From an uncultured Desulfocurvus sp. (GTDB lineage Bacteria; Desulfobacterota; Desulfovibrionia; Desulfovibrionales; Desulfovibrionaceae), in assembly GCA_964645095.1 (NCBI GenBank), contig CAZXZF010000002.1, forward strand, positions 1 through 43,784: 43,784 nucleotides of DNA. The letters run 5' to 3'. Shown one piece after another: positions 9,546 through 18,990 of this stretch; the first letter of the stretch is position 1; the number at the start of each line of letters is the position of its first letter. Below the pieces are notes generated by a model. It was given only the letters and a program-made list of their open reading frames with translations. It searched no databases and was not told where the DNA came from. A program made the translations under genes and the position numbers.

Positions 9546-10493
9546 TTAGAGTCCCAGCCCCTGCCGGAAGAAGGCGATGGTCTTGACCAGTCCCCCTTCC
9601 AGCTCGATCGTGGGCTCCCAGCCCATAACCTGCCGGGCCAGGGTGATGTCCGGCTGGCGCTGGGTAGGGTCGTCCTGGGGCAGGGGGTTGTGCACGATGC
9701 GCGACTTGGACCCGGTCATGCGAATCACGGTCTCGGCCAGCTGAAGAATGGTGAACTCGACAGGGTTGCCCAGGTTCATGGGCCCGGTGAACTCGTCCGG
9801 GGTGGCCATGAGCCGGATGAAGCCCTCCACCAGGTCGTCCACGTAGCAGAAAGAGCGGGTCTGGTTGCCCTCGCCGTACACGGTGATGTCCTCGCCCTTC
9901 AGGGCCTGGACGATGAAGTTTGAGACCACGCGGCCGTCATTGATGGCCATGTTCGGGCCGTAGGTGTTGAAGATGCGCGCCACCTTGATGCGCAAGCGGT
10001 GCTGGCGGTGGTAGTCGAAAAACAGCGTCTCGGCGCAGCGTTTGCCCTCGTCGTAGCAGGCGCGCGGGCCGATGGGGTTGACGTTGCCCCAGTAGCCCTC
10101 GACCTGGGGGTGCACGCTGGGGTCGCCGTAGACCTCGGATGTGCTGGCCTGCATGATCTTGGCCTTGATGCGCTTGGCCAGGCCGAGCATGTTGATGGCC
10201 CCGTGCACGGATGTCTTGGTGGTCTGCACGGGGTCGTGCTGGTAGTGGATGGGCGAGGCCGGGCAGGCCAGGTTGTATATCTCATCGACCTCGACGTAGA
10301 GTGGGAAGGTCACGTCGTGTCGCAGCACCTCAAAACAGGGGTGGGGCAGCAGGTGGCGGATGTTCTCTTTGCGTCCGGTGAAGTAGTTGTCCACGCAGAG
10401 CACGTCATGCCCGGCATCAAGCAGACGCTCGCACAGGTGCGAGCCCAAAAACCCGGACCCGCCGGTAATGAGGATGCGTTTGTTCTGGGCCAT
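9546..10493 (-). CDS. uxs: UDP-glucuronate decarboxylase (UDP-xylose synthase)
   Basis: '[18 protein letters not shown]', 'NLACPASP', '[10 protein letters not shown]', 'CYDEGKR', 'ARIFNTYGP', '[10 protein letters not shown]'. Start placed at MAQNKR. Confidence 0.92.
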   Translation of the reverse strand: MAQNKRILITGGSGFLGSHLCERLLDAGHDVLCVDNYFTGRKENIRHLLPHPCFEVLRHDVTFPLYVEVDEIYNLACPASPIHYQHDPVQTTKTSVHGAINMLGLAKRIKAKIMQASTSEVYGDPSVHPQVEGYWGNVNPIGPRACYDEGKRCAETLFFDYHRQHRLRIKVARIFNTYGPNMAINDGRVVSNFIVQALKGEDITVYGEGNQTRSFCYVDDLVEGFIRLMATPDEFTGPMNLGNPVEFTILQLAETVIRMTGSKSRIVHNPLPQDDPTQRQPDITLARQVMGWEPTIELEGGLVKTIAFFRQGLGL

Positions 10494-10780
10494 GGGCTCT
10501 CTCATCGGGTTTGTCCATGTTCCAACTGAAGACAACCTATGCCGAATTCGTGCGTAGCACAAGCGGCAGAGATCTGACGGCAATGTGGCGGATGGCCTGG
10601 GGGGCAAAAAGCTTTGCGCTGCCCGCCCAACAGTTCACTTGGCGGGTGGCCCAAGAGGAAGACGGTAGAGCCATGAATGAGGATAAGCAGACTGCCAAGA
10701 GCCCAAACTTACGGGTGGTATACGTGGGGTAGGGTTAGCAGCCCTTACAAAATACAGCTCCGTATGCGGTCCACACGCTT

Positions 10781-11743
10781 CTATTGCGTTTTTTTGAGTG
10801 GCGAGAGAGTCACTTGGACCTTGAAGCCGTCCTTGATCTTGAATTCCGGGTTGGCCACCACCAGTTCGAACAGGTAGTACGCTGGCGCGGCGATGCCAGG
10901 GTCCAATGCCGTCCAGGAGATGCGAGACAAGGTGGCCTCGAAGCTCTCCCCCTTGCCCGAGTCCAGGGCGATTGTTGCGTTGCCGCCGGTCTGCAGGCGG
11001 TCCAATTCACTTTCATGCACCTGGCCGCGAATGACCATGGGGTCCATGAGGCCGATGGTGCACAGGGTGTTGCTCACGGTGGCGCCCAGGCGCAAGGCGG
11101 CATCTATTGAGATCACTTGCCCGTCCATGGGGGCGCGCGCCAGCACATAGGTAGGCTTAGAACCTATCTGTAGGGGCTGCCCGAGGGTCTTGCTCAAGAT
11201 AGCGAGGTCGTCCGCTACGGCCTTCCTGGTGTCGTCCAAGCCTACTCGGGAGAGCTCCATCTGGCCGATGAGGATCTGGCGCTGGTCCTGTAGATCAGCC
11301 AGGGCGTTTCTGGGTGCCATGCCAAGGTCGGTGAGCTGGGTGGCCTCGGAGATGTTACGTTCCAGTTGGGCGAGTTTAAGCTCCATCTGGCGGATGTTCA
11401 ACTCCATACTGCGTAAGCCTGGACCTTTGTTGAGCCTGGCGGCGACAGCCGAAGCGTCGTTCACCGACAGCTTGAGCTTGAAGAGCAGGTCGTCTTTTCT
11501 AACCGTCTGGCCGATGCTGATGCAAATGTCTTCCACCACGCCGGGCATGCTTGTGGGGACGGGCATGGTCACGGAGCAATATGAGCGGCCTTGAAGGACG
11601 AGAGGCAGCGTCGCGGCGTCCACCTGCGGCGGGGGCACAACGGGCTGGCGCTTCTGCGCGGGAGCGCCCATCCATAAGAACGCCCCCACGGCGCAAAGCG
11701 CGAGCAGGACTATGACGATGCCAATCTTATTCCATATGGCCAT
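10781..11743 (-). CDS. Efflux periplasmic adaptor (HlyD/MacA-like membrane fusion protein)
   Basis: N-terminal TM, lipoyl half-motifs 'GVVEDI...GQTVRKDDLL' and 'ARAPMDGQV', coiled-coil hairpin, 'VHESEL'. Overlaps the tolC-like gene. Confidence 0.85.
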   Translation of the reverse strand: MAIWNKIGIVIVLLALCAVGAFLWMGAPAQKRQPVVPPPQVDAATLPLVLQGRSYCSVTMPVPTSMPGVVEDICISIGQTVRKDDLLFKLKLSVNDASAVAARLNKGPGLRSMELNIRQMELKLAQLERNISEATQLTDLGMAPRNALADLQDQRQILIGQMELSRVGLDDTRKAVADDLAILSKTLGQPLQIGSKPTYVLARAPMDGQVISIDAALRLGATVSNTLCTIGLMDPMVIRGQVHESELDRLQTGGNATIALDSGKGESFEATLSRISWTALDPGIAAPAYYLFELVVANPEFKIKDGFKVQVTLSPLKKTQ

Positions 11744-13334
11744 GGCTAATCCTTATGTGCTCGTTAAATAGTGCGCCGGATTGCGTCCGAATCTTTACGA
11801 GCGCTACGGAGTACTCTTCCTGGACTTTGATCTCGGCTATCCTGGCATGGACGGCAGCAGCCTTGGCATCTATCAGGACTTCATAGGACACGTTGCCCAC
11901 CTGTTGGCCGATGGTCTTGCGCTTGGCCTCCAACTCGCGGAGTTCCCGCATGGAGGCGGCGATGGTGATCTGATCCTTGAGCATGCTAATATCAATGGCT
12001 GTGCTGTCCCATGCTGCTTGCATCTCGGCGATAGTAAGGGCGTTATTCACCGCAAGTTTTTGAACAGTGAACTCCTCGCGCTCCACACTGCGCATGGTCT
12101 CGCCCCAACTCCACACGGGTATGCTCACGCCGAGGCCCAAATAATAGGGCGAAGAGGTGTCCTTTGTGGCTGTGGGGTCAGGAGTGGTCAGGCCAATAAT
12201 GAACTTTGGAAGATGCTCGGCCATGGCCAAGCGCACCCTGAATGTCTGAAGCTTCTCCTTGATTTTCAGTGTCTTGAGTCTTATGTTGTGTTGCTCAACC
12301 TGTGAGAATGCTGGCATGGTGAAGGTGGACTGCTTACCCACGATCTGTGGCAAAGAGTTGGGTATATCGAAGTTGACCTTCTGTTCCGCCGTCAAGCCGA
12401 GGAGCCGCTTGAGTTTGATGAGTTCCTGGGTGTGGCGATTAATCTCCTGAGTCAGTTCCTTTTGCGCCATGGAGTCCTTCAGATCCACCACGCGCTTATC
12501 CAGTTGGGACACGGATCCCTTGTCTGTACGCTGGCCAGTGTATTCCATCAGCTTTTGCGAAAGCTTTGCGAGCTCCTTGCGGCATTCGATCAAGTCCTGC
12601 AGTGAGTCCAGCTTGACGAAGGAGATTCCAACCTTCTCCATGAGATCCTCGATGGCGAGGGTGTGCATGGCTTCCGCAAGGCTGGTAGCCACCTTGCTGG
12701 CATCGTGCCCGATATAGGCAGCGATGGGATCGTAGGTCCCGGTGCTAAAACCGACAGAGAGGTACGACTGGGGGGGGGGGGACGTGTTAAGCTTGTTCAG
12801 GGGCTTGCTATAGGAAACGTTCAGGCTAAGTTTGGGGAACAGCCTGTACCAAGAGTCCTTCTCCCCGAGTTTGCTGACCTCGATATCGATCCGGGTAGTT
12901 TTGAACTGTGGTGAGGAGTTCAGGGCTGTGTTGATGGCGTCAATATAGTCCTGCCGGGGATCGGCGGATTTATTGGGAAGGGAGGGCTCCTGCATTTGGC
13001 CGGGTTCCGTTCCCGCAACTTGCGGCTGACTTGAGGCGGGCGCTGCCGGGTCCGCCTTGGCCTGGGCCTGCGGGGCAGCTGGCCGTACAGGGGCGGTCTG
13101 GGATTGGGTGACCGGAGTGGCGACTGCTGCCAGCGTTTGTGGGGCCGGGGCGGGAGTCTGAGGCGGCGGCGACGAAGGCTTCAGCGACACAGGCTGCGAC
13201 GGGACGACCGGGAAGCGTACGGACCAGGACTGGGACTCTGCGCCCAGTACGGTCGAGGCAATGACCAGCGCGGCCAGGAGGAGGCAGCACGCCGCTGCGC
13301 AAATGTCAGTGAGAATGTGGTGTGGTATGCGCAT
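11727..13334 (-). CDS. TolC-family outer-membrane efflux protein with a Pro/Ala/Gln-rich N-terminal linker
   Basis: Signal peptide and two OEP-like repeats ('FPKLSL', 'LPKF...', 'LGVSIPVWSWG'). Lies between the ABC ATPase and adaptor genes. Confidence 0.8.
   Translation of the reverse strand: MRIPHHILTDICAAACCLLLAALVIASTVLGAESQSWSVRFPVVPSQPVSLKPSSPPPQTPAPAPQTLAAVATPVTQSQTAPVRPAAPQAQAKADPAAPASSQPQVAGTEPGQMQEPSLPNKSADPRQDYIDAINTALNSSPQFKTTRIDIEVSKLGEKDSWYRLFPKLSLNVSYSKPLNKLNTSPPPQSYLSVGFSTGTYDPIAAYIGHDASKVATSLAEAMHTLAIEDLMEKVGISFVKLDSLQDLIECRKELAKLSQKLMEYTGQRTDKGSVSQLDKRVVDLKDSMAQKELTQEINRHTQELIKLKRLLGLTAEQKVNFDIPNSLPQIVGKQSTFTMPAFSQVEQHNIRLKTLKIKEKLQTFRVRLAMAEHLPKFIIGLTTPDPTATKDTSSPYYLGLGVSIPVWSWGETMRSVEREEFTVQKLAVNNALTIAEMQAAWDSTAIDISMLKDQITIAASMRELRELEAKRKTIGQQVGNVSYEVLIDAKAAAVHARIAEIKVQEEYSVALVKIRTQSGALFNEHIRISHGHME
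12770..12781. repeat. G12 homopolymer (C12 on the coding strand) inside the tolC-like gene
   Basis: Twelve consecutive G at 12770-12781, encoding S-P-P-P-Q; currently in frame. Confidence 0.95.
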
Positions 13335-13362
13335 GGACTTGTCTCTCTTTCGGCTCTCAGAA

Positions 13363-14058
13363 TTACTTTTGCACCAGCAGTCCGTCGTGCATCTGGAACA
13401 CGCGGGTGCATTGCTGGGCGACAGAGGAGTCGTGGGTCACGATGAGCATGGTCGTGTCGTGTTCCAGGACGATCTTCCGAAAATAGCTCATGACCATGTC
13501 CCCGGTCTTCTGGTCCAACTGCCCCGTGGGTTCGTCGGCCAGAAGCACTCTCGGTTTGTTGACCAGCGCGCGGGCGATGGCGACACGCTGCTGCTCGCCA
13601 CCGGAAAGCTGGTTGGTCCGGTGCTTGATCTTGTGGCTCAGGCCCACCTGCTCAAGTGCGCAGGCCACCACCTCTTCGCGTACGGCCTTGGGGCGGCGCG
13701 CATAGATGAGCGGAAACTCCAGGTTTTCAAAGACCGTGGAGTTGTCGAATAAGTTGCAGGACTGTAGGACAAAACCCAGACATTCTCGGCGGATGGCCGC
13801 CTGCGCCTTGTTTGAGAGCCCGAACATCTCCTGGCCCTCCATTGCGTAGGAACCACTGGTGGGCGGGGCCAGCAGGCCCAGGATGTAAAGCATGGTAGAT
13901 TTCCCACAGCCCGAGGGCCCCATGATGGCGGTCATTTCGCCCGGGCGCAACTCCAGGTCCACCCCACGCAGGACCTTGAAGTCGCCCTCCACCGTGGAGT
14001 AGCTCTTCGTCAGCCCGGTTATCCGGACTATCGGGGGTTGTTGTGTTGTATCATTCAT
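13363..14058 (-). CDS. ABC transporter ATP-binding protein (MacB/LolD-like)
   Basis: Walker A GPSGCGKS, signature [26 protein letters not shown]-loop VTHD. Confidence 0.95.
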   Translation of the reverse strand: MNDTTQQPPIVRITGLTKSYSTVEGDFKVLRGVDLELRPGEMTAIMGPSGCGKSTMLYILGLLAPPTSGSYAMEGQEMFGLSNKAQAAIRRECLGFVLQSCNLFDNSTVFENLEFPLIYARRPKAVREEVVACALEQVGLSHKIKHRTNQLSGGEQQRVAIARALVNKPRVLLADEPTGQLDQKTGDMVMSYFRKIVLEHDTTMLIVTHDSSVAQQCTRVFQMHDGLLVQK

Positions 14059-15241
14059 AACGGATGGCCTTCACTGCATCCATTCTGGCCGCGCGCAGGG
14101 CCGGGTAATAGCCCGCAGCAATGCCTAGTCCGACGGAAAAAGCAAGACTCGTGCCTGTATAGGCGATCAGCAGGGACAGGGAAGGTCTGGCCTCCAGGTA
14201 GTGTGCGCCTACCGCCACGGCGACGTATCCCATGATCACGCCGAGCAAAGCCGCGGTAACACTCAATGTCACCGATTCACTCAAAAACTGGAGCATGATG
14301 TCGTATTCTTCCGCGCCCATGGCTTTCTTAAGGCCGATCTCCCGGGTGCGCGCCGCGACAGAGCTCATCATGCCGTTCAGGATGCCGAAGCCGCCCAGCA
14401 CGAGGGTGGCGGCAATGGAGATGCCGACAAAGAGCTGGACCCACCAGATGATGGCGCTCACGCGATCCAACTGCTGCCAGGCGACCTCGACCCTGAGGTA
14501 CTTAGGATCGTATAGTTTTGACAGCAGCGCAAGCAACGCTGAGTTCACCGTGGCAATACTGTCCAGTGATGCGCAGCGGACAAAGAGGCGGTCGGCGCGC
14601 ATGTCTCCATTGCTGCGGTTTGCAACCGTTGTCAGCGGCAAAAAGGCGACCTTCTTGCGGTCACCGAGCTGCATGCCGCCGACAACTCCAACAACCTTGT
14701 ACACATCCGCCTTAATGGGGATGTATTGTCCAATTGCGGATTCCTGGTCGAAGAGCGTGGTCGCCAATTCCTCGCCGATGACGCAAACCCGTTCCTGCGC
14801 GTTCAATTCCTTGGCCCCGAAGAGCCTGCCCTGTACGGCCTTCAGATCACTGACGCGCCAAAACTGATCGTCCACCCCGTTGAGGGGGATGCCCAGCAGC
14901 TTCATGCGCCAGAACAAGGGAACATACTCGACTTTGTCCGTGCCCAGGCTGGCTGAATCCACATTTGGCAGGGCGCGTACGGCGTTCAGCGTTTTGGGGA
15001 GGAAGAAATATGGAGGCAGGCTGGTGTCCTGGGAGCTGGTGAAGCTGACCTTGATTATGGTCGCGCCGCCCAGGAGGTCCAGGTCCCGGTTGATGTTGTG
15101 CTTCACCTCGTCGCCCAGGGTAAGGATGGTGATGAGGCTTGCAGTGCCAAGGGCCACGGCCACCAGCACGCCCATGTTGCGCCGCCGCTGTCGGAATACC
15201 TGCCTCGCGCAGATTTGGAATAGGTCGGACGGCAAGATCAA
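14051..15241 (-). CDS. ABC transporter permease (MacB/FtsX-like)
   Basis: One TM, a large periplasmic domain, then three TM; 'GGFGILNGMMSSVAARTREIGLKKAMGA', 'QFLSES', 'GYYPALRAARMD'. Start uncertain: TTG at 15241 follows GAGGTG, or ATG at 15292. Confidence 0.9.
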   Translation of the reverse strand: MILPSDLFQICARQVFRQRRRNMGVLVAVALGTASLITILTLGDEVKHNINRDLDLLGGATIIKVSFTSSQDTSLPPYFFLPKTLNAVRALPNVDSASLGTDKVEYVPLFWRMKLLGIPLNGVDDQFWRVSDLKAVQGRLFGAKELNAQERVCVIGEELATTLFDQESAIGQYIPIKADVYKVVGVVGGMQLGDRKKVAFLPLTTVANRSNGDMRADRLFVRCASLDSIATVNSALLALLSKLYDPKYLRVEVAWQQLDRVSAIIWWVQLFVGISIAATLVLGGFGILNGMMSSVAARTREIGLKKAMGAEEYDIMLQFLSESVTLSVTAALLGVIMGYVAVAVGAHYLEARPSLSLLIAYTGTSLAFSVGLGIAAGYYPALRAARMDAVKAIRYE

Positions 15242-15326
15242 GACAACCACCTCGTTACGCTGTGATTTCGGGATGCGACGCCAATGCGTCATGCAAGCAG
15301 CGTGCCGCCATGGAGACGCGGATGCG

Positions 15327-16562
15327 TCAGTAGTGAAGTGACTGTTGGGCGGTGGCGAAGGCCTCGAGAACCTGGTCGATGTGCCGGTCCTCGTGGCTGC
15401 TGGTGAAGGCGAGGCGGATGATGCTCGCGCCACGGGAGACTGCCGGATACACTGCGGAGACGGCGAAGACTCCAAGCCTGTCGAGTTCGGTCACAAAGGA
15501 GTGGGCCGCCTCATCGGAGCCGATGGCGACGGAGATGATGGGGCTCTGGCCGTTGTTGACGGTGAACCCGAGGGCGGCGAGGCCCTTTCTGGCCTTGCTG
15601 GCGTTTTTTATCAGGCGGGTGATGCGCTCGGGCTCCTGCTCCAGGATGTCGAAGACCTTGAGGGCGGCGGCGGCGCTAGCTGCGGGCAGGGCGGCGGAGA
15701 ACACCAGGGGGCGGCTGCGGTGCTTCAGGAAGTCCTTCAGGTTCACGTCGTCGGAGGCGATGAACCCGCCAATGGAGGCGAAGGCTTTGCTGAAGGTGCC
15801 GGTGATGATGTCTATCTGGTCCGTGCAGCCATGGCTGTGCGCCGTGCCGCGGCCTGCGCCCAGCACGCCGAAGCCGTGCGCATCGTCCACAAGGATGATG
15901 AGGTTCGGGAAGATCTTTTTGAGTTTCACTAGCTGGTCCAGGGGAGCCACCTGCCCGGACATGCTGAATACACCCTCGGTGATGAGGAAAATACGTTTTT
16001 TCATCGGGCTGTTGGCGAGCTTCACCAGCTTGTTCGATGCGCTGCGGACGTCGTTGTGGGCAAAGGTGGAGATGCGGCAACGGGACATCTGGCAGCCTTC
16101 GATGATGCTCGCGTGGCTTTCCTTGTCGCACAAGAATGTGTCCCCGACCTCCGCCAGGGTGCTTATGGTCCCGTAATTGGCCATGAACCCTGTGGTGAAC
16201 AGCAGCGCCCACTTCTTGCCGAGATGGCTGGCCACGCGCCGTTCGAGCTCTTCGTGGAGGGAGATATTGCCGCAGAGGATGCGCGAACCGCCAGGCCCTG
16301 TGCCGAATTGCGACATGGCGCGCGAAGCGGCCTCGATGATGCGCGGGTCGCTGGCCAGGCCGAGGTAGTCGTTGGAGCCGACCATGACCATGCGCCGACC
16401 CCGCACAACGACTTCCGGGCCCTCGGCCCTCTCTATCTGACGATAGAGTGTGTATATGCCGGCGTTGCGCACCATGTTCACTTGTTGGATCAGGGCATTG
16501 TCGGATGGTACGATTTTCATGGTTTCGGTATTTCTCGGAACTTTTTTGGAAATTGCTCGCAT
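15327..16562 (-). CDS. PLP-dependent alpha-oxoamine synthase, serine palmitoyltransferase-like
   Basis: 'GIYTLYRQI...EVVVRG..MVMVGSNDYLGL', 'GGSR', 'TGFMAN', 'DKESHASI', 'FAHND', 'VDDAHG', PLP lysine in 'GTFSKAFASIGG'. Clustered with bCerS- and CerR-like genes; no bio genes nearby. Alternative ATG at 16520. Confidence 0.8.
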   Translation of the reverse strand: MRAISKKVPRNTETMKIVPSDNALIQQVNMVRNAGIYTLYRQIERAEGPEVVVRGRRMVMVGSNDYLGLASDPRIIEAASRAMSQFGTGPGGSRILCGNISLHEELERRVASHLGKKWALLFTTGFMANYGTISTLAEVGDTFLCDKESHASIIEGCQMSRCRISTFAHNDVRSASNKLVKLANSPMKKRIFLITEGVFSMSGQVAPLDQLVKLKKIFPNLIILVDDAHGFGVLGAGRGTAHSHGCTDQIDIITGTFSKAFASIGGFIASDDVNLKDFLKHRSRPLVFSAALPAASAAAALKVFDILEQEPERITRLIKNASKARKGLAALGFTVNNGQSPIISVAIGSDEAAHSFVTELDRLGVFAVSAVYPAVSRGASIIRLAFTSSHEDRHIDQVLEAFATAQQSLHY

Positions 16563-16658
16563 TCATGGTAAATTAGTGCATCCGGTGCAGTGCCTTAAGC
16601 GCTACCACGGAACACATACTCATCTGCGACTCCGAGCGCAAGGGGTATCGTGCAATTG

Positions 16659-17720
16659 TTAGCCGCTGCTCCTGCGCCTGGTACTGATGTCGTGGTCCCT
16701 GGCCGAATGGATCAACCGTTTGAGTCCGGCCAGGTCCAGCTCAAGGCACTTGAGTCCGAGCAGACCGAGCCCGATGTTCAGCCCCACGCTGAGCGCATGG
16801 TAGACGATGGCGAAGGCCAGAGACTGCTCAAATCCGAGGCCGAAGAGCGTCAAGGCTATGACGATGGCGCCGTGGGTCGTGCCAACGCCAGCAGGAACCG
16901 GGACCGTGATTAGCCCGGCAATGGTGAAGCTCATTGCAAAAATGGCGCAGGAGAATAAGGAGGGAAGGCCAAGCATAATCATGCCGACCCAGAACGTTGT
17001 GGCGATGACTAGCCAGATCGCAAAGGAGAGGACTATGGCGCGCACAAGAACGCCGTTGCGGAACAAAGAACGCAGCCCTTCCCCCCCGGCGTTGAGCGTG
17101 GCGGCGAGGGGATCGAGGTTGCGCCCAAGGCGTCCGCCGATTGACTGAAGTAACAGGACTAGTTGTGCCTCAAAGGCCGTTACAATAAAGATGAAAAGAA
17201 CGACTCCGGCCAGGGACGCTCCGGTGGTGATTGCCGCCATGGTGTTTTCCTGTGCCGCATGGCCGGAAGGGATGAGCAAGAGCAGGGCGCCGATGAAGAA
17301 GACCGCCACGGCGAGGATGTCGAGAAGACGGTCCGCCAGGATCTTTGACAGGGCCTCGGCCAGGCCGCCGACTTGGCCTTTGGCGAGCAGGGCCGCGATG
17401 CAGAACTCCCCGGCGCGTAACGGCAACAGGCTGTTAGCGAAGTTGCCGATGTTCGCCGCGTGGAACGTATGCGGAAAAGGTTCCTCTGACTGTAGGATGA
17501 TGTGCAGCCGAAGAGCGCGCAGCCCATTGCTCAAGAGGAGCAGTAAAAGCATCAAGGCTAAAAGAATGTGATCGGCGGAGGCGATGATTCCGGGTAAGCG
17601 GGCCAGTTCAGGGGAGCGTGGAAGCAGGAGGGCGACTCCTGCTCCGAGGGCGAACAGCAAGAGCGCTTGACGAAGCAAAAGCCAAGCCCGGCTGGCGTCG
17701 GACATATCTGCATCACTCAT
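16659..17720 (-). CDS. Second UPF0104 / LPG-synthase-TM (flippase-like) membrane protein
   Basis: 'IGNFANSLLPLRAGE', 'ILADRLLD', 'VPVPAGVGTTH'. GGAGG upstream of the ATG at 17720. Confidence 0.85.
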   Translation of the reverse strand: MSDADMSDASRAWLLLRQALLLFALGAGVALLLPRSPELARLPGIIASADHILLALMLLLLLLSNGLRALRLHIILQSEEPFPHTFHAANIGNFANSLLPLRAGEFCIAALLAKGQVGGLAEALSKILADRLLDILAVAVFFIGALLLLIPSGHAAQENTMAAITTGASLAGVVLFIFIVTAFEAQLVLLLQSIGGRLGRNLDPLAATLNAGGEGLRSLFRNGVLVRAIVLSFAIWLVIATTFWVGMIMLGLPSLFSCAIFAMSFTIAGLITVPVPAGVGTTHGAIVIALTLFGLGFEQSLAFAIVYHALSVGLNIGLGLLGLKCLELDLAGLKRLIHSARDHDISTRRRSSG

Positions 17721-17799
17721 GGGTGTCGTTTCCTCCAAGCGAAAGATTCACGCAGATTTTTGCAACGCCTCTCTTGAATGCGTGAGGAGCCGAAGAAAC

Positions 17800-18990
17800 T
17801 CAGAAATGTGGTTTCTGCGCAAAGGGCCTTGGATGCGCACAGCCCTCGGGTGAACGCTCCTCACGATGGAAGGTCAATGGCCGTCGTGATTCGAGCACGG
17901 GTAAAGCGTCTGGTTCGGTCTTGGCTCGGCTGTCATGTGTGCAGAGCGGCTGGAGCGCTTGCGGTTTATTGTGAGCAGGTCCATCAAGGTCCGAGCGTGG
18001 TGAGGATCCTTTATGTGGGGATTCATCGTGCCCGTTATGATCAGCATATAACGTATTCACGAAGTATAGCGGCCGCCTCTTGGTTTCATTAAAGATCCGC
18101 CCGATATATTCCCCCAGCAGTCCTATGGCCGTCAATTGCATGCCGCCCAGCAGTAAAATGGTCGTCATGATGGTCGGATAGCCCTGGACCGGCTCTCCCC
18201 AAAATATGGTCTTGAGCACGGTCCATGCGGCGAAAAGAAAGGCCCAGAAGGCGATAAACAGCCCGAGGTAGGTGGCCACCTTGAGTGGACCCACGCTGAA
18301 GGACGTGATGCCTTCCAGCGCGAAATTCCACAGTTTCCAATAGGTGAATTTGCTGCTGCCGGCTATTCTTGCCTCTCGGTGGTAGCCAACGGCTGTCTGC
18401 GAATAGCCGATCCAGGCGAAAAGCCCTTTCATGAACCTGTGGCGCTCGCGGAACTGACGCACGGCCTTGACAGCGCGCATGCTGAGTAGGCGGTAGTCAC
18501 CGGTGTCCTGTGGGATCGGGAAGTCGCACAATCTCCTGATGACGCGGTAAAAAGCAAAGGAAGTGGCCTTTTTCAGGCAGCTTTCTCCATCGCGCTCGTC
18601 CCTGCGGGCGTAAACCACGTCAAAACCTTCGCGCCAGCGCTCAATCAGTGTGGGGATGAGCTCTGGCGGATCCTGCAGGTCTGTGTCGATGACCACCACG
18701 GCATCACCGTTGGCAAAGTCCAGGCCGGCAGAGATGGCGATCTCCTTGCCAAAATTCCTACTGAGATCGAGAATTTTGGCACGGCCGTCCCGTGCGCGAA
18801 TGTCTTGCAGCACAACCAGAGAGCCGTCGGAACTTCCGTCGTTGACGTACAAAATTTCGGTCTGGCAGTGTAGAGCATCCAGCACAGCGCAGAGGCGCCC
18901 ATGAAACACTTCCAGGACGTCTTTTTCGTTGTGCACAGGGGCCACGACCGAAAGCGTGAATATGCTGGAGTTCACCTGCGACTGCGTCAT
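17800..18990 (-). CDS. GtrB-like GT2 (polyprenyl-phosphate glycosyltransferase)
   Basis: 'VNDGSSD', 'LSRNFGKE', 'IDTDLQDPPELIP', 'TGDYRL', two C-terminal TMs and 'GEYIGRIF.E.K.RPLY'. Confidence 0.93.
   Translation of the reverse strand: MTQSQVNSSIFTLSVVAPVHNEKDVLEVFHGRLCAVLDALHCQTEILYVNDGSSDGSLVVLQDIRARDGRAKILDLSRNFGKEIAISAGLDFANGDAVVVIDTDLQDPPELIPTLIERWREGFDVVYARRDERDGESCLKKATSFAFYRVIRRLCDFPIPQDTGDYRLLSMRAVKAVRQFRERHRFMKGLFAWIGYSQTAVGYHREARIAGSSKFTYWKLWNFALEGITSFSVGPLKVATYLGLFIAFWAFLFAAWTVLKTIFWGEPVQGYPTIMTTILLLGGMQLTAIGLLGEYIGRIFNETKRRPLYFVNTLYADHNGHDESPHKGSSPRSDLDGPAHNKPQALQPLCTHDSRAKTEPDALPVLESRRPLTFHREERSPEGCAHPRPFAQKPHF

Noticed and set aside
9118-9549. 143-aa plus-strand ORF in the intergenic region
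   Set aside because: No convincing RBS, no motif, atypical composition, opposite to all neighbours. Cannot be fully excluded.
15327-16562. Annotation as bioF (8-amino-7-oxononanoate synthase) or kbl
   Set aside because: No bio or tdh genes are nearby, and the N-terminal pattern and bCerS/CerR-like neighbours favour Spt-like. Disfavoured rather than disproved; needs phylogeny.
16599-16610. ops-like element (minus strand CCGTGGTAGCGC) upstream of the spt-like gene
   Set aside because: Mismatches to GGCGGTAGnnTG, no JUMPstart context, and no RfaH/NusG paralogue in the window; a chance match is likely.
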